A stretch of DNA of 32,000 bases from Pseudomonadota bacterium. GTDB lineage: Bacteria > Pseudomonadota > Alphaproteobacteria > UBA1280 > RI-95. Below are positions 7,243-16,600 of the stretch, piece after piece. The first letter of the stretch is position 1. Each line of letters begins with the position of its first letter. The notes under the pieces were generated by a model. That model saw nothing but the letters and a program-made list of their open reading frames with translations, was not told where the DNA came from and searched no databases. The translations under genes were made by a program, and so were the position numbers. The stretch covers positions 133,880 through 165,879 of the forward strand of contig WGLU01000003.1 of NCBI GenBank assembly GCA_016125375.1, read 5' to 3'.

Positions 7243-7278
7243 GTACTTGTCAACAGCTGCTTTAGGAAATTTTGTGCT

Positions 7279-7968
7279 ATGGCCTACCGTGTGACGATTT
7301 TGACCCTCTTTCCGGAGATGTTTCCCGGGCCGTTGGGCGTTTCCATCACAGGCCGCGCGCTGAACGAGGGCAAATGGGCGCTGGATGTGGTGAATATCCG
7401 CGATTCTGCCACCGACCGCCACCGCACCGTGGACGATACGCCCTACGGGGGCGGGGCAGGCATGGTGATGAAGGCGGACATTGTTGCTGCGGCCATCCGC
7501 AAGGCGAAAGAGGCAAATCCGAAGGCACGCGTCGCGTTTATGGCCCCGGCAGGCAGACCGTTCAAACAGGCGGATGCCGAGCGTCTGAGCCGGGAAGAGG
7601 GGCTGATTCTCCTGTGTGGTCACTACGAAGGCATTGACCAACGGGTGTTGGATGCGCTGGTAGATGAAGAGCTCTCTATCGGTGATTACGTGCTGACGGG
7701 TGGTGAAGTACCGGCGATGGTCATCACCGACGCGGTTGTACGTCAATTGGGCGGCGTGCTGGGCAACGCCGAAACCCTGCATGAAGAATCTTTCGACGAC
7801 GGGTTGCTGGAATACCCGCACTATACCCGGCCCGAAGTATGGGAAGGGCAGCGTGTGCCGGATGTTTTACTGTCCGGACATCACGGCAATATCGCCAAAT
7901 GGCGCCTGGAGCAGGCGCGGGCGCGTACCGCCGAGCGCCGCCCGGATTTGCTGGAAAAGAAAAAGTAA
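7279..7968 (+). CDS. trmD: tRNA (guanine37-N1)-methyltransferase TrmD
   Basis: MAYRVTILTLFPEMFPGPLGVSITGRAL, YGGGAGMVMK, LLCGHYEGIDQRV, SIGDYVLTGGE. The start is moved from track position 7204 to ATG 7279, where homology begins. Confidence 0.95.
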   Translation: MAYRVTILTLFPEMFPGPLGVSITGRALNEGKWALDVVNIRDSATDRHRTVDDTPYGGGAGMVMKADIVAAAIRKAKEANPKARVAFMAPAGRPFKQADAERLSREEGLILLCGHYEGIDQRVLDALVDEELSIGDYVLTGGEVPAMVITDAVVRQLGGVLGNAETLHEESFDDGLLEYPHYTRPEVWEGQRVPDVLLSGHHGNIAKWRLEQARARTAERRPDLLEKKK

Positions 7969-7977
7969 CCTTTCCTC

Positions 7978-8008
7978 TTGCATCGCGCCCTGAAATCAGC
8001 CATATAAC
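7978..8008 (+). promoter_or_regulatory. Sigma70-like promoter candidate TTGCAT-N17-CATATA(AC) for rplS
   Basis: ttgcat at 7978-7983, a 17-nt spacer, catataac at 8001-8008. It lies in an unusually long 200-nt trmD-rplS gap. Confidence 0.35.
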
Positions 8009-8168
8009 GGACACGCTGCCCGTGAAGGGGCGAAAAAAGTAATTTCGTGCTTTGCAGTCAGGCGGTTTTGGGGTATACATCCCTTCCGTTGTGCGTGTAC
8101 AACACGCGTGGGCGCATCGCAAAGCGCGACAGAATATGAACGATTTTTAGACGAGATTGGGTGAGACG

Positions 8169-8621
8169 ATGAACATCATCGAGCAGCTGAACCAGGAAAC
8201 TATTGCAAGCCAAGGCAAAACCATCCCTGAGTTTGCCGTTGGCGATACCCTGCGCGTGCAGGTAAAAGTAAGCGAAGGTAACCGCGAGCGCCTGCAGGCT
8301 TTTGAAGGTCTGGTGATTGGTCGCCGTAACGCAGGTCTGAATTCCTCCGTTACCATCCGCAAAATCTCCTTCGGTGAAGGTGTTGAGCGTGTGTTCCCGC
8401 TGTACTCCCCGATTCTGGAGCGCATCGAAGTTGTCCGCCGCGGTGATGTGCGTCGTGCCAAGCTGTACTACCTGCGTGGCCGTGCCGGTAAATCCGCCCG
8501 TATCACCGAGAAGAAGCAATTCGCTAACGCTGCCGAAGCTGCTGCTGCCAAAGCTGCCGCCGCTGCTGCTGCCGCCGAAGCTGCTCCCGCTGCTGAAGCA
8601 ACGGCAACTGCCGAAGCATAA
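8169..8621 (+). CDS. rplS: 50S ribosomal protein L19 with an Ala-rich C-terminal extension
   Basis: [43 protein letters not shown]...[18 protein letters not shown]. The tail is [32 protein letters not shown]. Confidence 0.95.
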   Translation: MNIIEQLNQETIASQGKTIPEFAVGDTLRVQVKVSEGNRERLQAFEGLVIGRRNAGLNSSVTIRKISFGEGVERVFPLYSPILERIEVVRRGDVRRAKLYYLRGRAGKSARITEKKQFANAAEAAAAKAAAAAAAAEAAPAAEATATAEA

Positions 8622-8642
8622 GCGACCCCCGTCTTGTGAAAA

Positions 8643-8667
8643 GCCGCCCCCACGGGGCGGCTTTTTT
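8643..8667 (+). terminator. Rho-independent terminator after rplS
   Basis: Stem gccgcccc (8643-8650), loop cac, stem ggggcggc (8654-8661), then tttttt (8662-8667). Confidence 0.75.
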
Positions 8668-8768
8668 ATGTTTTTGATGGGGTGTGGGGGCGGTATTTTT
8701 TGTCATTCACGTCTGCTTTACGGTAAGATGAACGGATACGATGTAAAAAATAAAGGCTTGGTCTTTTT

Positions 8769-9416
8769 ATGGCGCACTGGCTCCCTCTTTTCCCGCTCCG
8801 TGTTGTGTTGTTCCCGGGTGCAGAGTTGACTCTGCGCATCTTCGAACCGCGCTATAAAGCCTTGCTGGAAGACTGTATGCGTGATGATGTGCCTTTCGGC
8901 ATCGTGTACACGCAGGAGGAAGACGGCGACGCCCGCGTGCACATGGCCGCAGTCGGCTGCACTGCCCACATTGATGAAGCGACACCCTACGAAGATGGCA
9001 CCTTTGTCGTACGTATATTCGGCGGTGAGCGCTTCCGTATTGGCGAGTTGGACCGCCAGAGCAAACCATACCTCATCGGCTCTACCGAGCCTGTGGTCGA
9101 GGTGCCGGACGTCCGCCCTGATGACCCCATTTTCCGCTCTATCGAAACACTGCTGGATGTCTACCGCGAACTGCTGGAAGAGGTAGACCCCTCAATGGTT
9201 GCCGATATTGGCGAGATTACCAGCGAAGTTGACCTGTCCTATCTGCCGTTTGACCAGATGATTCTGCCGGACGAGAAACGCCAGCAGGCGCTGGAAGTCC
9301 GCTCCATGCGGCAACGGTGCGATATGGGCGTATCCATGCTGCGGGTGGAGATTGAAACGCTTCGTTTCCTGCTGCACGACACTGAAGATGAATTTGCTGT
9401 TGGCCGTCTGAACTAA
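8769..9416 (+). CDS. LON N-terminal (substrate-binding) domain protein
   Basis: LPLFPLRVVLFPGAELTLRIFEPRYKALL is the classic LON-N signature. About 215 aa with no ATPase or protease domain. Confidence 0.75.
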   Translation: MAHWLPLFPLRVVLFPGAELTLRIFEPRYKALLEDCMRDDVPFGIVYTQEEDGDARVHMAAVGCTAHIDEATPYEDGTFVVRIFGGERFRIGELDRQSKPYLIGSTEPVVEVPDVRPDDPIFRSIETLLDVYRELLEEVDPSMVADIGEITSEVDLSYLPFDQMILPDEKRQQALEVRSMRQRCDMGVSMLRVEIETLRFLLHDTEDEFAVGRLN

Positions 9417-9417
9417 C

Positions 9418-10149
9418 ATGACAACGCTCGCCCGTCACGTTCTGCTTGCCGATCTGGCTGCCGCCGGTGTGACCGATTTGGTGGCGGAGTATCCGTCTGA
9501 CCAGTTTGCTCGGCCCGAGCCTGCGGTTGAAGTTCTTGCATCACCCGCCAAACAGAGCGCCCCTGTTGCCGCACCTGCTGTGGCAGACTTTGATGCCCTG
9601 AAGGCCCGTAGCGGTATGTCCTCACCTGTACAAAAACCAACTGCTCCGGTAGCCAAACCTGTTGAAGATGCTTTTGATGCGGCGGCATGTCTACACTTTA
9701 CTCCCGGAAAATCCGCTGCCGTACTGGTGCTGACGGTTACAGGCAACGCCCTTGTCTGGCCAGCCGCAAATACAGCCGAGGGACGTCTTCTGGCACGTAT
9801 GGCCCAGGCGACAGGTGTTGATTTTGATAGCTGTGCCAAGCTGATTGTGCGGGAAACACACGGCGGTGGCAGCTACACTTCGGCGCAACTGGCAGCTTTG
9901 TCGGTGCAGGCGCAAAAATATTTAACGGATGCCTCTCTTCGTGCGGGTCTGGTTTTCGGTCAGGTGGGTCTGTCTGCCATTACCGGTTCTGCCACGCCCC
10001 TTTCCGCCGCCCGCGGGGCAGGGGTAGAGGTCGCTGGGGTGCGGTTGTATGCAACATACCAGCCGGCAGCCCTGCTGGAACAACCCTTGCTCAAAGCCGC
10101 CGTATGGCGCGAAGCCTTGAGCTTTTGCCAAACATTCTCTACACTATAA
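9418..10149 (+). CDS. Uracil-DNA glycosylase superfamily (family-4-like) protein with degenerate catalytic motifs
   Basis: The C-terminal 150 aa follow the UDG-4 pattern (AEGRLLARMAQATGV..., RGAGVEVAGVRLYATYQPAALLEQPLLKAAVWREAL). LTVTGNAL stands where GEAPG is expected and YQPA stands where HPS/HPA is expected. The N-terminus is Pro/Ala-rich. The ATG lies 1 nt after the preceding stop. Confidence 0.5.
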   Translation: MTTLARHVLLADLAAAGVTDLVAEYPSDQFARPEPAVEVLASPAKQSAPVAAPAVADFDALKARSGMSSPVQKPTAPVAKPVEDAFDAAACLHFTPGKSAAVLVLTVTGNALVWPAANTAEGRLLARMAQATGVDFDSCAKLIVRETHGGGSYTSAQLAALSVQAQKYLTDASLRAGLVFGQVGLSAITGSATPLSAARGAGVEVAGVRLYATYQPAALLEQPLLKAAVWREALSFCQTFSTL

Positions 10150-10184
10150 TTATGGACAATTTTACGCGCACCGTTGGGAAGAAC

Positions 10185-12101
10185 ATGAAAAAAACGACCC
10201 GCATTGCTCTGATGACCGCCGCAGGCGTTGCGGTCTTTGGCAGCGCTGTGCCTGTTTCGGCCAGCGGCCTGTTGGACGACGGTGGCCCTGTATTCCGTCG
10301 TGTCAGCCCTATGGAAAATGCGCGTCCCCAGCAAACCAATGCACCGGCGCCCAAAATCAGCGGCGGTCCGATACAAGCTGTCAGTACGTCTAAGCCTAAA
10401 GAGGCAATGACCCTCAAATCACCGCCAAAAATGGCGGCTGAAGGCCCGCTCCGTGTCCTGTCCGACAGTGATGTGCAAACCTACAAAGACCTGTTCAAAC
10501 TGCAACGTAACCTCAACCGTACTGCTGTTGTCCAAAAGCTTGCGGGCTTGCAGGACGACCTGTTGATGGGGCACCTGATTGCCGAACGTTTGCTGCACCC
10601 GAGCACGGTAGCCGCCTATGATGATTTGCAGGACTGGCTGTCCAAGTACAGCGATCAGGCACCTGCTGATGAAATCTACGCACTCGCCAACAAGCGTCGT
10701 CCACGCGGTAAAACGCACGAGAGTCCAAAGCTCGGCAGCCGGACCATGAGCAAATATGGCGACCCTGATGCCAAGTATAAGAACCGCGGCAATGGTGAAG
10801 GGGATATTGTTAATGCCCAAACCCGTCGCCGGATGCTGATTCGCCTGCAAACCTACCGCAAACGTGGCGAGTTTGATAAGGCAATGGCCCTGCTGGCCAA
10901 GAGCACGACCAAGGATCTTCTGGGTTCGGAAACCCATGCCAGCGCAAGCCTGAAACTGGCTCGTACCATGCTGGATGCCGGTCAGTTCAAAATGGCAGAA
11001 ACTGTTTCCGACCGCGTTGTACGCGAGGCTGATTCCGCCCAGCCGGAAGGTCTGTGGATTAGCGCTTTTGCCGCTTACCGTCAGAACCACTTTGATGATG
11101 CCGCCAGCTCTTTCCGCCGCTTGGTTTACACCGTACCGCCGCAAAGCCGCTATTATGCCCGCGCTGCCTGGTGGGCTGCCCGCGCGTATGAGCAGCTGGA
11201 CCGCCAGTCCATGTCGCGCGTGTTCCTGACCATGGCCAGCCACGACCGCAACACATTCTACGGCCAACTGGCACAAAGCAAGCTGGGTAAAGACCCCGAG
11301 TTCTCATGGGTCGTGCCGCCACTGAAAGAAATTGACCGCAAACGCCTGCTGGAAGACCCGGCCATCCGCCGTGTTATCGCCCTGTCGCAAATCGGCGAGA
11401 ACGGTCTGGCTCAAGACGAGCTGAAGGCCGCCTATGACCGCATCCCGTACGATATGGACGAAAGTCTGCTGGCGCTGTCCATCCAATTGGATTTGCCTGC
11501 AACCAGCATGGTGCTTGCCCGCAACCTGAAGGAGCGGAACAAGGAATATATTGCCGGGCTTTACCCGTATTCCCGTACATGGAAGCCGAACGGCGGCTTT
11601 ACGATTGATCAGGCGCTGATGTTTGCGATTATGCGTCAGGAAAGCGCCTTCAACCCAGCCATTCGCTCCCATGCGGGCGCAATGGGGCTGATGCAGGTGA
11701 TGCCGGATACGGCTGACCACGTGCGCGCCATGCAGGGCAAGCCCGCTGTATCCAAGTGGGCGCTGAACCGTCCGTCCTTCAATATGGGCGTGTCGCAGGA
11801 TTACCTGAGTTACCTGCGCGAAGAGTTTGGGGATAACCTCATTCACATGATTGCCGGCTACAACGCTGGTCCCGGTAACGTGCGCAAGTGGATTGCCCGT
11901 AATGGTGCCGAGGATGACCCGCTGCTCTTTATCGAGAGCATCCCGTTCGAGGAAACCCGCAGCTACGTGATGCGCGTTATGGCCAACCTGTGGATTTACC
12001 GGACCTATTTCTACGGTAAGGATCCTACGCTGTCTGCCATGGCTAATAACAAGTGGCCGACACAGGTTGCTATGGTCAAACTGACCGATATCGACGGTTA
12101 A
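10185..12101 (+). CDS. slt: Soluble lytic murein transglycosylase (Slt70-like)
   Basis: Signal peptide [26 protein letters not shown], a superhelical middle region and a C-terminal SLT domain ([28 protein letters not shown]...[10 protein letters not shown]). The start is trimmed to ATG 10185. Confidence 0.85.
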   Translation: MKKTTRIALMTAAGVAVFGSAVPVSASGLLDDGGPVFRRVSPMENARPQQTNAPAPKISGGPIQAVSTSKPKEAMTLKSPPKMAAEGPLRVLSDSDVQTYKDLFKLQRNLNRTAVVQKLAGLQDDLLMGHLIAERLLHPSTVAAYDDLQDWLSKYSDQAPADEIYALANKRRPRGKTHESPKLGSRTMSKYGDPDAKYKNRGNGEGDIVNAQTRRRMLIRLQTYRKRGEFDKAMALLAKSTTKDLLGSETHASASLKLARTMLDAGQFKMAETVSDRVVREADSAQPEGLWISAFAAYRQNHFDDAASSFRRLVYTVPPQSRYYARAAWWAARAYEQLDRQSMSRVFLTMASHDRNTFYGQLAQSKLGKDPEFSWVVPPLKEIDRKRLLEDPAIRRVIALSQIGENGLAQDELKAAYDRIPYDMDESLLALSIQLDLPATSMVLARNLKERNKEYIAGLYPYSRTWKPNGGFTIDQALMFAIMRQESAFNPAIRSHAGAMGLMQVMPDTADHVRAMQGKPAVSKWALNRPSFNMGVSQDYLSYLREEFGDNLIHMIAGYNAGPGNVRKWIARNGAEDDPLLFIESIPFEETRSYVMRVMANLWIYRTYFYGKDPTLSAMANNKWPTQVAMVKLTDIDG

Positions 12102-12109
12102 TTCACCCC

Positions 12110-12712
12110 ATGCTGGACGGCGCTACCGAGCACGCGCTACGGCAAAGCGGCTACGCCCGCATCTGCGGCGTGGACGAAGTCGGGCGCGGCCCGTGGGCAG
12201 GGCCTGTGGTTGCCGCCGCTGTGGTGCTGGATATGTCGCGTCTTCCCGATGGTTTAAACGATTCCAAAAAGCTGACGGCCGCCAGGCGCGAACGCTTGTA
12301 CGACATCCTCATGCAAACGGCAGACATCAGCATTGCCGAGGCCTCGGTAGCCGAAATTGACCGACTGAACATTTTGCGTGCGACCTTTTTGGCCATGGAA
12401 CGTGCCGTTGCCGGTCTGCCTGCCAAACCGGATTACGCCCTGATAGACGGCAACCGGATTCCCGCCGGATTGCCATGTCCGGCGCAAAGCGTGATTAAGG
12501 GGGACGGCAAGGTGCTCTCGATTGCAGCGGCATCGGTGGTTGCAAAGGTTCACCGTGACCGGCTGATGGCACGACTGGCAGAGGAATACCCCCACTATGG
12601 CTGGCACACAAACGCAGGCTACGGCACTGCCGCCCACCAGCAAGGGCTTGATGTCGCAGGGGTAACGCCACATCACCGCCGTTCCTTCCGCCCTGTGCAG
12701 GAGTATCTGTAA
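12110..12712 (+). CDS. rnhB: Ribonuclease HII
   Basis: [44 protein letters not shown]. The start is trimmed to ATG 12110. Confidence 0.9.
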   Translation: MLDGATEHALRQSGYARICGVDEVGRGPWAGPVVAAAVVLDMSRLPDGLNDSKKLTAARRERLYDILMQTADISIAEASVAEIDRLNILRATFLAMERAVAGLPAKPDYALIDGNRIPAGLPCPAQSVIKGDGKVLSIAAASVVAKVHRDRLMARLAEEYPHYGWHTNAGYGTAAHQQGLDVAGVTPHHRRSFRPVQEYL

Positions 12713-12715
12713 GCC

Positions 12716-13840
12716 ATGGCGCTTAATCTGCTCATTAACGCCATCCATACCCAGACGGGCGGCGGGTTGGTTTATCTGAACAGCTTGCTGCCCGAGCTTG
12801 CAAAGCGCACGGATATTAAAGTGACGGTGCTTTATCACGCTGCCGCGCAGGACAAGATTCAGATTCCCGATGGTGTGGCAACCCGTGTGGAGGACTTCCC
12901 TAAAAGCATGTTGCGGACGTTGGTGTGGGAGCAACTGCATGTACCTGCGATTGCCCGCAAACTGCACGCAGATGCGGTGCTGTGCATTGCCAATTACGTA
13001 CCGCTGTTTGCGCCAAACCCTGTGCAAATTATCATCAATAATGTTGAGGCAGGCCGCGCCAGCAAGGGGCTGTACCAGAAGGTGTACTGGTCCATGCTCA
13101 AGCTGCTGACCCGACTGAGCGCGCTTGCCTGCCCCGTTACCCTGACTCTGAGCGAGTCGGTTGCCGACAGTTACTTTAAGGGCATTTGGTCATGGGTTAA
13201 GCCGCCCGTGTACTGGGCGCCGCCGGGCTGCCCTGCCGTGGGCGTGGCACAGGGTAAAAAACAGCGGGAGCAAGGGCTTATTTTCGCTGTTGGTGATTAC
13301 TATCCGCACAAGAACTATGTCCGGTTGCTGGCGGCGTTTGCGGGGGTGCTGACCACCCATCCGGATGCCCGTCTGGTCATTGCAGGGCGTCCGCTGGATG
13401 ACCGGACGGCCGCCGCCATGCAGGCGGAAATTAAAAAGCATGTACTGACCGAACGTGTGACCTTGACGGGCGCCATGCCCCACGCCGATGTGATGGGCTA
13501 CTTTGCCCGCTGCCATATTTACGTGCAGCCCAGCCTGGCGGAAACATTCGGGATGACAACGGTGGAGGCAATGGCGTCCGGCGCGCCGTGCGTGCTGGCG
13601 GATAAACCCTTCCAGCACGAGGTAGCAGGCACCGGTGCCGTGTACGCAAAAGGGATTGATACGGACGCTGGCATCCCCAACCTTACCGCCGCGCTGCGCA
13701 GCCTGCTGGACGATGAGGCGCTGTGCATCCGCCTTGCGCAAGAGGGGCAACAAAAGGCCGCCGCCTTTACATGGGCGCAAACCGCCGAGCGGGTGATTAT
13801 GGCTTTAAACCAGACTTCCTTCGGTCGCCGCCGCGTCTAA
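12716..13840 (+). CDS. Glycosyltransferase family 4 (GT-B fold)
   Basis: C-terminal motif IYVQPSLAETFGMTTVEAMASGAPCVLAD, with the E..E region typical of GT4/group 1 enzymes. Confidence 0.8.
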   Translation: MALNLLINAIHTQTGGGLVYLNSLLPELAKRTDIKVTVLYHAAAQDKIQIPDGVATRVEDFPKSMLRTLVWEQLHVPAIARKLHADAVLCIANYVPLFAPNPVQIIINNVEAGRASKGLYQKVYWSMLKLLTRLSALACPVTLTLSESVADSYFKGIWSWVKPPVYWAPPGCPAVGVAQGKKQREQGLIFAVGDYYPHKNYVRLLAAFAGVLTTHPDARLVIAGRPLDDRTAAAMQAEIKKHVLTERVTLTGAMPHADVMGYFARCHIYVQPSLAETFGMTTVEAMASGAPCVLADKPFQHEVAGTGAVYAKGIDTDAGIPNLTAALRSLLDDEALCIRLAQEGQQKAAAFTWAQTAERVIMALNQTSFGRRRV

Positions 13841-14827
13841 CACCTTGCGCATCAATGTGGGCAAGGGGTGGGTTTTGAGCTGGCGGGGGGCGACCCAATC
13901 CACATGTTCTTCTGCCAGCTTGAGTCGCTTGACGGTAAGCGTCAGCGTAAAGTGGGTGAACACGTGCTTGATGGTGCCGCAATCCTGCCAGTCAGCCTCC
14001 AGGAGCGGGTCGATGACCGGGTCAAGGGGTGCAACCTCCCATCCGTGGGTGGGTACTTCCCACAGGCTGGCCAGCAGTCCTTGCGGCGGGCGCTGGCGCA
14101 GGTACAGGCGGCCCTCTGCATCCCATAGGCACCAGGCAGTACCGGTTTTGAAGGGTTTTTCTTTCTTGGGCATTTTACGGGGGAAGTTCACTGCGTCCGC
14201 CTTACCCCCGCTGGCGCAGAAGCTTGCCACCGGGCAGGTGGTGCAGGCGGGTTTGCGCGGTGTGCAGATGGTTGCACCCAAGTCCATGATGGCACCGGCA
14301 TAGTCCCCTGCGCGCTGTTGGGGCGTGAGTGCCGCTGCTAATGTGCGGATGCGGGGTTTGGCTTTGGGGAGTGGTTCCTCTATGCGGTACAGGCGGCTGA
14401 TGACGCGTTCCACGTTGCCATCCACCACTGTTGCGGGGTAGCCAAAGGCAATGGCGGCAATGGCCGCAGCCGTGTAGGGGCCTATGCCCGGCAACTGTTG
14501 GAGCGCTTCCGGCGTGGCGGGGAAATGCCCGCCCAACTCGTGGGCAACTTTTTTGGCGCAGGCATGCAGGTTACGGGCGCGGCTGTAATAGCCCAACCCC
14601 TGCCAGAGGGTCAGAACTTCCTGTTCGGTTGCGCCGGCAAGGTCAAAAACCGTGGGATATGCATGCAAGAAACGGGTGTAGTAGTCTTTAACTGTGGCGA
14701 CGGTCGTTTGCTGGAGCATGATTTCAGACAGCCAGATGGCATAGGCATTCTGCGTGCCGCGCCAGGGCAGGTCGCGGCTGTGCACGTCGTAATGGGTCAG
14801 CAGGGCGCTGGCAAAGGTGGTGCTCAT
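13805..14827 (-). CDS. mutY: A/G-specific adenine DNA glycosylase MutY
   Basis: LPWRGTQNAYAIWLSEIMLQQTTV, the HhH-GPD segment LPGIGPYTAAAIAAIAFG and an Fe-S cluster motif C-x6-C-x2-C-x5-C (CTPRKPACTTCPVASFC). The start is trimmed to ATG 14827, which overlaps the upstream stop (ATGA). Confidence 0.92.
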   Translation of the reverse strand: MSTTFASALLTHYDVHSRDLPWRGTQNAYAIWLSEIMLQQTTVATVKDYYTRFLHAYPTVFDLAGATEQEVLTLWQGLGYYSRARNLHACAKKVAHELGGHFPATPEALQQLPGIGPYTAAAIAAIAFGYPATVVDGNVERVISRLYRIEEPLPKAKPRIRTLAAALTPQQRAGDYAGAIMDLGATICTPRKPACTTCPVASFCASGGKADAVNFPRKMPKKEKPFKTGTAWCLWDAEGRLYLRQRPPQGLLASLWEVPTHGWEVAPLDPVIDPLLEADWQDCGTIKHVFTHFTLTLTVKRLKLAEEHVDWVAPRQLKTHPLPTLMRKVLDAAATEGSLV

Positions 14828-15354
14828 GAGGTGGCTCCCTGCGGTTTGTCGAGCTGCGTTGCCAGCCAGCCTGTGGCCAGTCCGGCCAGTAGGGCGTAGC
14901 CCAGCAGCCATGGCGCTGCACCACCTAGCGGAAAGTCCGGCAGGCACAGCCGGAGCGCCAGCAATTGCCCCAGCATATGCAGCCATGCACACAAAACTGA
15001 CAATCCATACATGCTTACGCCTTTTTGGGTCAGTTTTTTACCAAAACAAAGCCCGGTGCTGGAGAGAACAAACCCTGCCGCAGCCAGCCCAAAGCGGGGG
15101 GAAATTAAGCTGCCGCTCAACAGAGCGCCGCAGGCCAGCCGCAGCAGGTTGACGGTCAGGGCGGGCTTGAGGCCATAGTTTTTCCACACCACCAGTACGA
15201 CGGCGTTGGCAAAACCGGGTTTGACGGGGCCGAAGGTAGGTAGGGCGGCCTCGGCCACGTGCAGGGCGGTGGCAATGGCGGCCAGCAGCGACAGCCGCAC
15301 ATCCGACGGTGTGCGGGCGGGCAAATCCAAACTCGCCACAGGCTGCGCTTTCAT
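14824..15354 (-). CDS. Gx transporter family membrane protein (heptaprenyl diphosphate synthase component I-like)
   Basis: LHVAEAALPTFGPVKPGFANAVVLVVW matches the family pattern E..(I/L)P.P.PG.K.G.AN. Multi-pass, 176 aa. Confidence 0.55.
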   Translation of the reverse strand: MKAQPVASLDLPARTPSDVRLSLLAAIATALHVAEAALPTFGPVKPGFANAVVLVVWKNYGLKPALTVNLLRLACGALLSGSLISPRFGLAAAGFVLSSTGLCFGKKLTQKGVSMYGLSVLCAWLHMLGQLLALRLCLPDFPLGGAAPWLLGYALLAGLATGWLATQLDKPQGATS

Positions 15355-15356
15355 GC

Positions 15357-15372
15357 TATGGTGTATACCATA
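15357..15372. repeat. Perfect inverted repeat TATGGT-gtat-ACCATA in the divergent intergenic region
   Basis: tatggt at 15357-15362 and accata at 15367-15372. It contains GTATAC. It lies 3 nt from the Gx-family gene's ATG and 38 nt before the DUF721 gene's ATG. Confidence 0.5.
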
Positions 15373-15409
15373 AGCAGTCAGAAAAACGAAACGGTGAGTC
15401 CAACCTCCA

Positions 15410-15874
15410 ATGCGCGCCCTCGGCCCCTCGGTTCAGAAGCTCGTTAAACCCCTTGCGCTCAAGAACGGGTTTGCGGACGTGCGCGTGCTGAGCAACTGGA
15501 GCAAGATTGTCGGTGCCGACATGGCGCGTTACATCCGCCCGCTCAAGCTCAGCAACAAAGTGTTGCAGGTCGCCGCAGCGGATAGCAACTGGGCCATGCA
15601 GGTCAGCTATCAGGCGCCGGTTCTGATAGAGCAGATTAACCGTTATTTCGGCTTTCAGGCGGTGACACGTATTCAACCGCAGCAAAGCTACTTTGAGACC
15701 GACGAACAACAGCCCGTAGCCGTGCCCCAGCCCGACGGTGCCGCCAAGGTGCGTGCCCTCGCACGTACGCAGGATGTGAAAGACGATACCCTGCGGGCCG
15801 CACTGGCCAGTCTGGGTGGTTGGGTGGAGGCCGCGTACAGCGTGCGCGCTGCCGAAGAGGTGAAAACTGCCTGA
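15410..15874 (+). CDS. DUF721 / DciA-like protein
   Basis: LKNGFADVRVLSNWSKIVGADMARYIRPLKLSNKVLQVAAADSNWAMQVSYQAPVLIEQINRYFG fits the DUF721 pattern. Divergent placement from mutY is common in Alphaproteobacteria. Confidence 0.65.
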   Translation: MRALGPSVQKLVKPLALKNGFADVRVLSNWSKIVGADMARYIRPLKLSNKVLQVAAADSNWAMQVSYQAPVLIEQINRYFGFQAVTRIQPQQSYFETDEQQPVAVPQPDGAAKVRALARTQDVKDDTLRAALASLGGWVEAAYSVRAAEEVKTA

Positions 15875-15932
15875 CAAGCACCCATATAGGGTGTAGGATT
15901 CTCTCACAAAACGAATAAGAGGATTGTTCCCG

Positions 15933-16598
15933 ATGATGCGTACATCTTTTGTGGTTGCCGCTGCCTTGCTGGCCGGCTTTGCAGGAGCTCCCGATGTTGC
16001 CCGTGCAGAAGTGCATGCAGAGGCACAGGTACAGGCAACAAACCCGCTGGAAGTCACAGCTGACGATATTGCTATCGGTAACAGCAATGCCCCGTTGACC
16101 GTGATTGAATATGCGTCCCTCACATGCAGCCATTGCGCACACTTCCATAACGATACTTTTGAAGAAGTGAAAAAGAATTACGTAGACACTGGCAAAGTAC
16201 GCTTTGTCTTCCGTCACATGCCGTGGGATAACATGGCACTGGCCGCAGCCAAATTGGCCGTTTGTGCACATGATACTGCCTCTTCCTATATCTCCGCCTT
16301 CTTCAAGACACAGGAAACCTGGGCCAAATCCGCAGACCCGCTGGCTGAGCTGAAAAAAGTTGCCAAACTGGGTGGCATGGACGAGGCAACGGCTGACAAG
16401 TGCCTGCAAAACGCACAAATCCACCAACAGGTGCTCGATATCCAGAATGTTGGGCGTGACGTGCTGAAGGTCCGCTCTACACCAACTCTGTTCGTCGGCA
16501 AGAACACTGTGATTGAAGGCTTCCGTGACTATGCCGCGTTCAGCAAAGTCCTCGATGACGAGCTGGCCAAGGTAGAAGCTGCCGACAAGGCCGAGTAG
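15933..16598 (+). CDS. DsbA-family periplasmic thiol:disulfide oxidoreductase
   Basis: Signal peptide MMRTSFVVAAALLAGFAGAPDVARA and a CxxC active site in YASLTCSHCAHFH. AAGAGGA lies 9 nt upstream of ATG 15933. Confidence 0.85.
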   Translation: MMRTSFVVAAALLAGFAGAPDVARAEVHAEAQVQATNPLEVTADDIAIGNSNAPLTVIEYASLTCSHCAHFHNDTFEEVKKNYVDTGKVRFVFRHMPWDNMALAAAKLAVCAHDTASSYISAFFKTQETWAKSADPLAELKKVAKLGGMDEATADKCLQNAQIHQQVLDIQNVGRDVLKVRSTPTLFVGKNTVIEGFRDYAAFSKVLDDELAKVEAADKAE

Positions 16599-16600
16599 CT

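Noticed and set aside
5531-8661. Three hairpins with the identical stem GCCGCCCC/GGGGCGGC (5531-5550, 6370-6389, 8643-8661), considered as a REP/MITE-like dispersed repeat
   Set aside because: Each sits exactly at a gene 3' end with an adjacent T-run, so these are ordinary intrinsic terminators. Only the first two share extended flanks, which is explained by the cassette duplication reported above.
8468-8706. Short Ala-rich ORFs on both strands over the rplS tail (8468-8653, 8524-8706, 8374-8829), and similar ones over the rpsP tail (4845-5162)
   Set aside because: They are artefacts of the GCT/GCC/GAA repeat DNA encoding the L19 and S16 C-terminal tails, which stays open in several frames.
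8841-8848. A GGTTCGAA T-loop-like motif (minus strand), considered as a hint of a tRNA
   Set aside because: It lies inside the conserved IFEPRY codons of the LON-N gene, and no acceptor or anticodon stems can be drawn. No tRNA, rRNA, tmRNA or obvious riboswitch was seen in any intergenic region.
14828-14992. N-terminal extensions of track ORFs: mutY to 14992, the puuD-like gene to 20020, pepA to 21444, trmD from 7204, slt from 10104, rnhB from 12053 and rpmE from 21463
   Set aside because: The extensions overlap upstream genes, terminators or promoters and carry no homology. Internal ATGs with SD-like sequences coincide with where family similarity begins, so the starts were trimmed.
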